Sequence record: OQ718158.1
DNA length: 64,000 nucleotides
Strand: one strand, 5' to 3'
Shown in pieces: positions 35,600-44,676 of this stretch (within the stretch, counting starts at the first letter, position 1; each line of letters opens with the position of its first letter). The notes beneath the pieces were generated by a model that did no database searches, was not told where the DNA came from, and saw nothing but the letters and a program-made list of their open reading frames with translations. Both the position numbers and the translations under genes were made by a program.

Positions 35600-37742
35600 T
35601 TAAGATAGGGTGATATATGTTATTGGTTGAGCAGCTTTCAATAATGCCCCTGCTGCGGTAGCAGTAACAATCGGATCGGCAATATCGATACGATACGCAT
35701 TATTAACAACATAAACTGCTCTAGTGATATATGTTTTTAAATCTTCGCCATTTTCCCCTGCTCCTGTGATTAGGATTTCGGTTCCAGCAGCTTTAGCATA
35801 TTGATTATCACCCCATGATACACCCAATGCTTCGATATAAGTTTGTCCTGCAACTGTTTGTCTAATTGTGTCATATCGACCAAAGAAAGAACCACCTACT
35901 GTAACAATAAATTTTCCACCTGATTGTTTATGGATAATTGTTCCTGCTGGGAAATATCTCCCACCAGGAAAAACATCATAAGGCACGTAATACTGTTCAA
36001 CTACAGGTATTACTACAGGTCCACGATGACCCGTTCCATCAATTGCAGTGGTTACTTTAAAGTTATTAGATGATTGGTCAATACGGTCAACATACATTCT
36101 TGAGAAACTATATTTTGATATGTTACAATCATCTTGAACAACACAATTAGTCCAGTTGGTATATGTATATTTAGAGCGAGTATATAAGCCCCCTCCTTCA
36201 CCTTCAGTTGCAAGGTGTTGTCCAATAACATCAAGTTCTTTAGTACTGATATTATTAAACTTGGAAGATGACGGCAATCCACGCCATTGAATTCTACTAC
36301 ATGTAATATTAGAAAGTTCAGTAGTATTTAGCCAATTATCAGAGCCTGAAGTATACACAATAATAGACGACTCAGGAATGTGGAGATTACATAATTTAAA
36401 GTTTCGTGGAGGACCAGCAAATTTACCAGATGTTACGCCCCAGTTAATAGAAACCATACGGTTAGTTACTGATGGATCATTTAATAGATGCCCAGATAGG
36501 CCATCAATAATAAAATCAACAGAACCATAAGTAATTACACCAGCGGTTGTCAAACCAGTACCAATTGATACCAACGTTGATGGATAAACTTCATTATTGA
36601 GAATTTTAAAGTCTTTACCCAACTCAACGTGAATACATTGACGGACATTGTACAAGCGGTTATTTTTTATAACGAATTTTTTTTACATATTGTGAATCAT
36701 CAGCATTCACATCATAAGGACCAGAACCTGCAACACCGATACCAATACCCCAGTTTGAAAGAGGAATTGGTGCATTTGTACCATCTACGTTTTCAATCAA
36801 GTTACCTTCTATTACAAATCCGTCTGGGTAATGTGAGTTGACTACGTTCAATTCAATTGCATCACCATATATATCATGGATGTGGTTGTATGAATAACGC
36901 CCAACGGTCATTTTCTCACCAGTGCCTTGCTGAAGAACACCGTACTTACATTGTGTCATTTCATTAAAGCAGAAGTCGATAGTACCTGATTCAGTCATAC
37001 CTTGCATTAGAAATGCAGCAGTACTTGTAATATTAATAAATTTATTAAAATAAAATTTACCATTACCACCAAAGAATTTTAAATAACATCCTGTTAATGT
37101 TGCTTGTTGGATTGTACTATTCAGTACCGATACCATTGTGCCACCGTTACCAGTGATTGTACCACCAAACCATTGAATATCATTCAAATAAACAGCAGTT
37201 CTGATACGATAATTACCACCAGCTTGAATTTGGATTTTGTGTTCTTTAGCATAAACTGCACATGCGTTAACCGCCGCCGTGTCATCAGTGATGCCATCAC
37301 CTTTTGCACCAAACTCTTCTGGAGTTATGTAAAACTGTGCCTGTTGAAGTGTTCCTCCAGTAATAAGTCCGATATAATCAGCACCGTTAACACTGGAAAG
37401 GACATTTTTATTAATGTATAATGATTTTACCCAAACATCATTTGTTTTTGCAAAGATATCAACAATACCCTCAGAATCAACTTGAAAATAAGTGTTGTTA
37501 TTTTTACCAATGTCATTTGTTGGTGGAAGTACGCCAAATAAAGCATTTGGGTTATCTTCAAGATACCTAACGTTTACTGCGGAATCATCGTCATTAGGAG
37601 TTCCCACCTTAACAGGTAGGAACGTTTCGCCTAAAAAGTCTTTGATTGCGACAGAATCGTTTACAAAATTAATAGAAGCACCACGTTTACCCAACTTGAA
37701 TGTTGGCATCATGGTCCCTTCTAAATTGGAAAAAACTGCCAT
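35600..37742 (-). pseudogene. WcaM-like colanic-acid depolymerase tail spike, frameshifted at an A8 tract (713 aa if one A is removed)
   Basis: TPEEFGAKGDGITDDTAA beta-helix cap; GDAIELNV...NWGIGIGVAG continues in the next frame as YVKKFVIKNN...RQCIHVELGKDF, matching the WcaM/phi92-colanidase pattern (recalled). Confidence 0.75.
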
Positions 37743-37756
37743 TTATCAACCCTCTT

Positions 37757-38884
37757 TTAAATGTTATCTTGAATAGGCTGAATAGGTGCTTGCCATGATA
37801 AAGTACAAACGATCTTCATTTCACCAAATGAACTGTTGTTTACGGAATCATTGAATACACAAGAAATGATTTCATCTTTACTTGATACTTCGTGGTTGGT
37901 TTCGTTAACAATGTAACGCATTTTGCGGTTGATATCGAAATAATCAACAGGTGCAATTACAGTACCACCAATATCTTCTTGTGCTTCACCACCGAAACGT
38001 ACAAACATTTCATTTACTGGTTCATCATATGCTTGGTTAATATCAACTTCGATATTAGTTACTAGGTATCCAGCAGGGCATGTACCAATAACTAACAATG
38101 CGTTAGTCCATGAATGATCAATAGTGTTGATGATAACAACTGTATCTTTACCTGGTTCACCCTGAATACCTTGTTCACCTTGCTTACCTTCTTCACCGTC
38201 TTTTCCACGGAATAAGATACCAGCACTCCACTCTTTAGTTGGGGTTGATGATGTAGTTACGATATCGACATAATACAAATTACCATCTGTCGTGTTATAG
38301 AAGCAATAATCTTGTGGTAGATTATCAATGCTTGGGAATTGACTACCAGTACTATCAATATGGAAACGACCACGTAGACCTTGTTCACCACGGAAAGGAA
38401 TACCATCACTCCATGTTGCAGTTACGCTTTGATAGAAATATAATTTACCATCTTCAGTATTATAGAATGTGTAATTATTGAAAAGACCAGTTGTTGGAAA
38501 CACCGTACCAGAACTGTCAATGTGGAATGGTTTACCAGTTTCACCAGTATCGCCTTTACCAAACTCTACACGGTTCCAAGTACTAATTGCTTCTTGTGCA
38601 TCGTTTGATTTAAAATATAAAGTACTAGTGCCATTTGCAAGACTAAGATAACACCACCCTAGTTCTTCACCAACACGGAAGAGTTCATTAGGAACTTCAA
38701 AACCTATCTCATTTGGATAAAAGTTTCTACCGTTAGCACCATTTTGTCCAACCACTAGACCTAGGTCTTGGATTGTATTGTCGGAATAGGTTACAATTAA
38801 ATGTCCAGCAGCGTTAATAACTAAACTTTTGATGCCAGAATTATTACATGAACCACCTGACCCATTGTTGAATGAAATTGTCAT
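37757..38884 (-). CDS. collagen-like fibre/structural protein
   Basis: GXY run GKDGEEGKQGEQGIQGEPGKD; duplicated FHIDSxGxxFP...FYNTxDGxLY unit; ATG 38884 after AAGGG. Confidence 0.7.
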   Translation of the reverse strand: MTISFNNGSGGSCNNSGIKSLVINAAGHLIVTYSDNTIQDLGLVVGQNGANGRNFYPNEIGFEVPNELFRVGEELGWCYLSLANGTSTLYFKSNDAQEAISTWNRVEFGKGDTGETGKPFHIDSSGTVFPTTGLFNNYTFYNTEDGKLYFYQSVTATWSDGIPFRGEQGLRGRFHIDSTGSQFPSIDNLPQDYCFYNTTDGNLYYVDIVTTSSTPTKEWSAGILFRGKDGEEGKQGEQGIQGEPGKDTVVIINTIDHSWTNALLVIGTCPAGYLVTNIEVDINQAYDEPVNEMFVRFGGEAQEDIGGTVIAPVDYFDINRKMRYIVNETNHEVSSKDEIISCVFNDSVNNSSFGEMKIVCTLSWQAPIQPIQDNI

Positions 38885-38920
38885 AATATTTCCCTTGTAT
38901 GAGTTAATGTCATATACCAA

Positions 38921-38926
38921 TATTTA
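38921..38926 (-). promoter_or_regulatory. late promoter-like TAAATA
   Basis: divergent partner of the + strand motif at 38957. Confidence 0.55.
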
Positions 38927-38956
38927 TCAGTACAAAATACATTTCGTTGCCATTAA

Positions 38957-38962
38957 TAAATA
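38957..38962 (+). promoter_or_regulatory. late promoter-like TAAATA
   Basis: AATAAATAAAT upstream of the ATG at 38994. Confidence 0.55.
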
Positions 38963-38993
38963 AATGAAAGTTCACTACTAAAAGGGCTTAACA

Positions 38994-39491
38994 ATGGCAT
39001 TAAGATCAAAAGACTTCCTCTTCAAAAGAAAAACTAAAGATGGTTCATGGCAAGAATTTCCTGAATCAGATAGCTGGTATCCTGCTAACTTAGATTATCA
39101 TTGGAACGAACAAACATTACCATTAGCTAGTGGCGGCTATTATGGTAGTACTACAGGATTACATACAATATCCTTTACCCTACGTAACTTCATTGGTAGA
39201 ATTTACGTACTCGCTACACTGGCAAGTAATCCATCTGACGATGATTGGTTCCCAATTAAATTTACCGAAAGCTGCAACTTCTATCTTGAATTTACTGATA
39301 ATGTCATTCTTAACCCAAATGGCGGCGACCTTATTAGAGAACAAGGTACAACTGGTACATTCGCTGAAACCTTAACCGGAAACTTTACCTATCTGAAAGT
39401 TGGTATTGACCGTGATTACATTAGCAAGTATCCATCTGATGTACAAAAAAGTTTAGCTGGTAAGTTAGAACAAATTTTAATTAACTACTAA
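38994..39491 (+). CDS. hypothetical virion protein
   Basis: 165 aa beta-rich ORF, first of a late operon. Confidence 0.65.
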   Translation: MALRSKDFLFKRKTKDGSWQEFPESDSWYPANLDYHWNEQTLPLASGGYYGSTTGLHTISFTLRNFIGRIYVLATLASNPSDDDWFPIKFTESCNFYLEFTDNVILNPNGGDLIREQGTTGTFAETLTGNFTYLKVGIDRDYISKYPSDVQKSLAGKLEQILINY

Positions 39492-39500
39492 GGATTAGAA

Positions 39501-40109
39501 ATGAAATTAGAAACAGAACAACCAAAACTATTTGTTAAGGGTCATGTACTAATTACTGACGTTACTGATCCATCTAACCAAAAAATCGTTTTGGATAAAT
39601 CAAACGCAATTCACCCTGAAAATATGAGTACTGCTATTGCTAATGCGTTGGCTTATAATCAAGATAGTACTGGTATTCCTATTGGATCTATTAGTGAGAT
39701 GCGTTTTGGTAATGGTGGAACAGTAGTTTTGAGTACTGGTCGTATCACATATAAGAAACCACGCGTGACTTCTTTCGGTGGGCTATACTCTCAGACTTAT
39801 CTGAAAAAAATCAACCCACGTATCTCTGCTGGCATTGATTCACAATATAACAACATTACAACTGTTCACATTCCAGGCCAAGCGTACACTGATATCGTCT
39901 GTATTTGTACATTAGGTTTAGGTGAGCCATCTGACCAAGGTGTTAGCTCTGGTACTAGCATGGATGGGACATATGTATTTGACGAATTGGGTTTATATAC
40001 AAATGGTGATAGCGGTATTCCACTTACCCATATTATTTTTCACCCAGTTGAGAAAAGTGCTAACCGTGTTTTGCAAATCAAATACACAGTTCGTGTCCAA
40101 CTACAATAA
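39501..40109 (+). CDS. structural protein, tail-collar/baseplate-like
   Basis: VKGHVLITD...KSNAIH and YVFDELGLY...HIIFHPVEKSANRVLQIKYTVR. Confidence 0.55.
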   Translation: MKLETEQPKLFVKGHVLITDVTDPSNQKIVLDKSNAIHPENMSTAIANALAYNQDSTGIPIGSISEMRFGNGGTVVLSTGRITYKKPRVTSFGGLYSQTYLKKINPRISAGIDSQYNNITTVHIPGQAYTDIVCICTLGLGEPSDQGVSSGTSMDGTYVFDELGLYTNGDSGIPLTHIIFHPVEKSANRVLQIKYTVRVQLQ

Positions 40110-40121
40110 TAAGGTGATGAT

Positions 40122-41222
40122 ATGAGTGTAAGTTATACAATTTATAGAAGTAATGGTAGCGTTTATGCTACCATTCCAAATAACGTAATATTAGGACCAA
40201 ACCAACCTGGTAGTAACCCAGTACCGTTAAACTTTGCAGGTCGAAATAAAGTTGGTTACGGTCAAGCATGGAACGAAAACTTCCTCCACTTGGTTGAGAA
40301 CTTCAGTGGAGCTACTGCACCTCGTGGTAACGTTAATGGTCAGATTTGGTACAGAAATACTGGCAACACTGGCGAACTACTTCTTGCATTAGTTGATAAT
40401 GCTCGTCAGCCAGTAGATACTACATCTGAAGCTGACTGGGCATCTATCCCAATGATTTCAATTTTCAACACAGTACCAGATGGTGAAAATAGTATTATGG
40501 GTCGTATGGTTCTTACCAGTAATGGTGATTCCCTTCGTGTCCTAATGAAAAATAAAGAATGGCGTGAAATTCAAACATCTCGTCCAGAAAATAAAGAGTA
40601 CTCCACACTACTTGATATCAACTATGATACAGGTAAGAAATATATTGAATTTACACAAAGTAACAGTACTAAGCCATTAGCGTACTTCAATATGGGTGGT
40701 ACTTCACAGGTTGATTCAAATAACTGGACAACATTCACAAATGGTACTGGTGTGTTTGAATTTGGTAGTAACTATTTTTATGAATTGAAAATTATGATTC
40801 GTGAAGTTAGTGATTCATCAGGTGAAATTGTTTCTCTTCCGTATAATTCAAAAACATTTTTCATTAAAGGTCAGTTCTATGTTGATAACCAAGGTACATT
40901 TGTTCCTGGTTCAATTGGTGCAAGTCAGATTCCAGACCCACGTCGCATTACACAACTAGAATCAATCAAGGATGTAATTACAAGTAGTCGCCCTAATTGG
41001 GATGTATCTATGGTAATTAATGGTGTTGACCCAACTCTCCCAAATCCGAATGGTATTACAAAAGCGGATTACGAAAACTGGGTGGTTAACTCTCTTAACT
41101 CTAATAAAAACTTAGGGTTCCGCGTCGATGGTATAGTAAACAACCTTTCGGCAGGTGAGTCAGTTAAGCTTCAAGCATCTGTTCTACTTAATATAACAGG
41201 TATCCCACTAATTGGGGTATAA
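40122..41222 (+). CDS. virion structural protein (baseplate/fibre attachment type)
   Basis: SYTIYRSNG...GRNKVGYGQAWNENFLHLVENFS..TAP...GQIWY motif typical of jumbo-phage structural proteins. Confidence 0.6.
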   Translation: MSVSYTIYRSNGSVYATIPNNVILGPNQPGSNPVPLNFAGRNKVGYGQAWNENFLHLVENFSGATAPRGNVNGQIWYRNTGNTGELLLALVDNARQPVDTTSEADWASIPMISIFNTVPDGENSIMGRMVLTSNGDSLRVLMKNKEWREIQTSRPENKEYSTLLDINYDTGKKYIEFTQSNSTKPLAYFNMGGTSQVDSNNWTTFTNGTGVFEFGSNYFYELKIMIREVSDSSGEIVSLPYNSKTFFIKGQFYVDNQGTFVPGSIGASQIPDPRRITQLESIKDVITSSRPNWDVSMVINGVDPTLPNPNGITKADYENWVVNSLNSNKNLGFRVDGIVNNLSAGESVKLQASVLLNITGIPLIGV

Positions 41223-41226
41223 AAAG

Positions 41227-41253
41227 AAAAAAGGAGCCATTGGCTCCTTTTTT
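41227..41253. terminator. bidirectional terminator
   Basis: AAAAAAGGAGCC-ATT-GGCTCCTTTTTT between convergent genes. Confidence 0.88.
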
Positions 41254-41254
41254 A

Positions 41255-41719
41255 TTAATATCGATATGGTAAGCTGTTGACAAACTGTGTACCTTGTCGT
41301 ATACTTTCCCACAATGAATAGAAATCCTTCATTAAATTTGTGTTGAGTAATGTGTTTTTTGCACCAGGATGTAATGGTTTGGGCCATGAGCCAATCTTAA
41401 CCCATGCATAACCAGAACTCTCATGATTTAAAGTAGGTACGAATTCATTTTCAACTACAATGACAAATGAATAATATTTAAATTTACCATTCTTCGTACA
41501 AAATACATCAAATGGTATAATATCTATTATCGTTGGAATAGAATCACCTAGCTCTTCTTTAATCTCACGCATAAGACCCTGTAACGGAGTTTCATTATAC
41601 TCAAGCTTCCCACCAACAAATGCCCAGTTGTTAGAATACGTACTTCTTTCTGATCTCAAGTTTAACATCATGTGTCCAGTACTTTTAGATAAAAATATAG
41701 CACCTACTGCTTCATTCAT
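41255..41719 (-). CDS. Nudix hydrolase
   Basis: Canonical Nudix box G-KLEYN-E-TPLQGLM-REIKEELG. Confidence 0.92.
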   Translation of the reverse strand: MNEAVGAIFLSKSTGHMMLNLRSERSTYSNNWAFVGGKLEYNETPLQGLMREIKEELGDSIPTIIDIIPFDVFCTKNGKFKYYSFVIVVENEFVPTLNHESSGYAWVKIGSWPKPLHPGAKNTLLNTNLMKDFYSLWESIRQGTQFVNSLPYRY

Positions 41720-41731
41720 AACAACACCTCC

Positions 41732-43075
41732 TTATTTGTCAGTGAAAGTTATTTTCCAATATCCCTGACGATATACTGACATAATACTCTTATGCCATTT
41801 GAATTTGTCATTATATCTATAATATCCACTATCTTCCATATTATAAACATAGTTGTGTACTCGCGATGGCTCAATAAGTTCTGCTCCATCATTGGTAATT
41901 TTAAACAAATAGTTCGCTGGGATTTCAGTCTCTTTGTAAATGATGTTATGTATGCTATTATTTACATAATATTGTTCAGGTAGTGCGTTATATAACAAAG
42001 AGTCTTTACTAATGAATCCATGTATTGTATAATCAACAGTATAATTACTATTATCAAGCTGAACTACAATCTTGTTAGAATCAGCCCCTTCCCCAAATGA
42101 AGAGATATGTCCTTTTAGTGGGTTATCCTCTTCTATAGCTTGTTGGAATTTAATACCTACAGTCTTGTCTTCATATTCTGGGTCCAAGTACTTAAGGTAT
42201 TTTTCCCATGAATAAATCCCACCATTTGGTGATGTTTCCGATAGTGATTGACTAACAAGAGTGAGTTGGTAAGTATCTGGAATATTAAGTTCAGAGTTTG
42301 TTATTTCATCAACTTTAATACATAAGTTCTTTGGTGTGAATACATCAGTAATGATATCCGAGTAATTACCAATTTCAAAATCAAGTTCATCACGAGCACC
42401 TTTAATATTGGTGGTGATTTGTTGGATAAGTTTTGGTTTCTCAACAATAGCTGGCAAAGAGAACCAAATTGTGGTTTCAAATGTCAATACCATTATATCC
42501 AAATCACTATCGGTTCCTTGTGGGAAACCACGAGTAGTAAATTGACAGTCAATCAACTCCACATCACTCAATGATGTCCAATCCAATGGGTTCTCGGAGA
42601 GTTGTAGTTGAATACTAGGAGCAAACAATGTTGAAATTTGCTCAAATAGTTCCATTTTAGTTTGTGTTTGTGTAACCCAAATATTAACATCAAACGTAAA
42701 TGTCCAAGGTACTGGGTTATGACGAGTTACTTTATACTGTTTATCTAAGTCTTTAGTATATTCGTTAATTCCAGGGGACTTGTTAGTCCCCATAACTAAT
42801 GTTTCATTTGCGTTTGAACGAACTGACTTGCGATCTAGTTTAAGTTGGTTTACACTAATGGTCATGATTGGTGCTGTTGGAAGCACGTTCTCACTGTTAC
42901 CATTAATAATTGCGGCTGCCATACGTGAAATATCTGCATAGCGGCAAGGAACTTTCTTATATTTTGGTTTTCCGTCAGCATCAACACCATTTTGTACTTG
43001 AAATTCACCAAACACTCTGATAAGATGTTTCAGTACTCGACGAAATTGACCATCATAATAATAATCTATTTTCAT
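41732..43075 (-). CDS. gp15: tail terminator / sheath stabiliser, T4 gp15-like
   Basis: YYYDGQFRRVLKHLIRVF...KKVPCRYA...VPWTFTFDVNIWV...ELFEQI..LF.P; ATGA overlap with gp14. Confidence 0.75.
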   Translation of the reverse strand: MKIDYYYDGQFRRVLKHLIRVFGEFQVQNGVDADGKPKYKKVPCRYADISRMAAAIINGNSENVLPTAPIMTISVNQLKLDRKSVRSNANETLVMGTNKSPGINEYTKDLDKQYKVTRHNPVPWTFTFDVNIWVTQTQTKMELFEQISTLFAPSIQLQLSENPLDWTSLSDVELIDCQFTTRGFPQGTDSDLDIMVLTFETTIWFSLPAIVEKPKLIQQITTNIKGARDELDFEIGNYSDIITDVFTPKNLCIKVDEITNSELNIPDTYQLTLVSQSLSETSPNGGIYSWEKYLKYLDPEYEDKTVGIKFQQAIEEDNPLKGHISSFGEGADSNKIVVQLDNSNYTVDYTIHGFISKDSLLYNALPEQYYVNNSIHNIIYKETEIPANYLFKITNDGAELIEPSRVHNYVYNMEDSGYYRYNDKFKWHKSIMSVYRQGYWKITFTDK

Positions 43076-44568
43076 TCTGAATCCTTATGTATACGATACG
43101 CTGTATTAGGTTTAACTGCATCATGTAATGGTACACGGTTCGGGCTATTAACAAATTCTGTTAGAGCAAGATCTGCACCTTCCCACGGTTTTCTACCACC
43201 GTAATCGAAAATCACCCAAGAATTCTTGGACGCACTGTATTCCCATAGGGTTACTGGTGTATAATCGGTACGATAGTAGTAATCACCATCAACTGCATCA
43301 CTTGGGAACATATTACCTTCAGGAACTGTACCTCGTGCTGGAGGAATCTTAGGACGATAATCTTGTTGTGAATCGATATTTCCATAAACACTATTAGAAG
43401 TGAATGGGTCATTAACGTAAGTTACTTCTGGTTCTCCCCATTTACCATTTAAGTACTGATAAATGTGTGGTTCTTTGTATTCAATATAAAAATCATCAAC
43501 CCCTTGTGGTGGTGTGCTTTCTGTAGTATACTCAACATCACAATTTAGCCACTTTTTGGCAGATTTATCGTATTGATACAATGAGAAGCCAGTGACATCA
43601 GCCTCGTTTTCTTTAAAGAAGAAGTCACCATCCATCGGTTTGCGAGGAAAGATTGTTCCACGCTTGACTTCTACAGAAATCCATGTATCATTAGATAGTT
43701 CTTTCAGTACTGGGTAAGTTTTCTTGAGGAAATACATTTTATTTGCTGGTTCCTCTGGTAATTCGTATCCATTTAGCATATACTTAGACAAATCAACAGT
43801 ATCTGGTCTGTCATCGAACAAGTGTTCGTTAGTAAAATGAATGTATGGTACTTCATCATCAGCTTGCATAATGATACGGTTCATAATATCCATTTCATTA
43901 CCATAGCTGCTGTTCTCTGAAGAGCCATCATCAGTATTACCATTGCCGTTGTTTGGATCATCTGGGTCATCAGGGTAGTTATTGTTACCTAGAAGGTCAG
44001 AGTACTCTGGTGAATCAGTAAGAGGTTTAACACGGAGTTTGTAAATGTGATGTTGCCATGTAACTGAGTAACCTTCTGACGTTCTAAACCCATCTTGTAC
44101 TACATAGAAGCGGTTTAAACCAGAATCTTTACCAAGTACATCAAAATCACGTAAGTTAGGAAGTTCGATTACGTCACCTGGCATAATTTTTCTTCCCAAA
44201 CGCTGAATCATTGTGTTATAATGAATTGTGATGTCCATAGTGTTAAAGTTGAAGAACAATCCTGGGATTTTCAAGTCAGGAGTTGCTTCTTGGACTTGGT
44301 AGACGCAACTTAAGGTGATAGCTTCGAGATTATAGTTACGACTTGGAGTGTCACCAAAAATTAAATCACCAATGCTTGACACAACGGTACTATCTGATCC
44401 ATAATAATCACCGCCGTATGATAAATCAGTGTTATCAGCGACTTGTTTTGGTCCGACATAGGCATAAAGCCACATGTCAACACCACCGATGTTGTATTGT
44501 TCTGCTATGGCAGAGTCAATGAACTTGTAATCATTGGTTCTACCTTTTTTCCACATTCTATATGCCAT
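43072..44568 (-). CDS. gp14: neck/head-closure protein, T4 gp14-like, with C-terminal extension
   Basis: EQYNIGGVDMWL...GLFF....I..HYNTMIQRLGRKIMPGDVIELP...WQHHIYKLRVKP; ATG 44568 after GGAG. Confidence 0.75.
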   Translation of the reverse strand: MAYRMWKKGRTNDYKFIDSAIAEQYNIGGVDMWLYAYVGPKQVADNTDLSYGGDYYGSDSTVVSSIGDLIFGDTPSRNYNLEAITLSCVYQVQEATPDLKIPGLFFNFNTMDITIHYNTMIQRLGRKIMPGDVIELPNLRDFDVLGKDSGLNRFYVVQDGFRTSEGYSVTWQHHIYKLRVKPLTDSPEYSDLLGNNNYPDDPDDPNNGNGNTDDGSSENSSYGNEMDIMNRIIMQADDEVPYIHFTNEHLFDDRPDTVDLSKYMLNGYELPEEPANKMYFLKKTYPVLKELSNDTWISVEVKRGTIFPRKPMDGDFFFKENEADVTGFSLYQYDKSAKKWLNCDVEYTTESTPPQGVDDFYIEYKEPHIYQYLNGKWGEPEVTYVNDPFTSNSVYGNIDSQQDYRPKIPPARGTVPEGNMFPSDAVDGDYYYRTDYTPVTLWEYSASKNSWVIFDYGGRKPWEGADLALTEFVNSPNRVPLHDAVKPNTAYRIHKDSE

Positions 44569-44599
44569 GTTTGTCTCCAAAATAAATCGGGTATATCTT

Positions 44600-44605
44600 T
44601 ATTTA
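44600..44605 (-). promoter_or_regulatory. late promoter-like TAAATA
   Basis: TATTTA on +, 32 nt upstream of gp14. Confidence 0.55.
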
Positions 44606-44610
44606 CCTTG

Positions 44611-44638
44611 TTGACAAACGCAAAGAATGTGATATAAT
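44611..44638 (+). promoter_or_regulatory. sigma70-type early promoter for clpA
   Basis: TTGACA-16 nt-TATAAT with ATGTGA, same architecture as P1/P2. Confidence 0.85.
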
Positions 44639-44676
44639 GTTTATTAATTAGAGTGACTACTCATTTAGGAGAATAC

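Noticed and set aside
23531-37742. Invertible shufflon or diversity-generating retroelement for the fibres
   Set aside because: No recombinase or reverse transcriptase in the window, no inverted crossover sites seen, and no adenine-specific TR/VR pair; repeats are direct.
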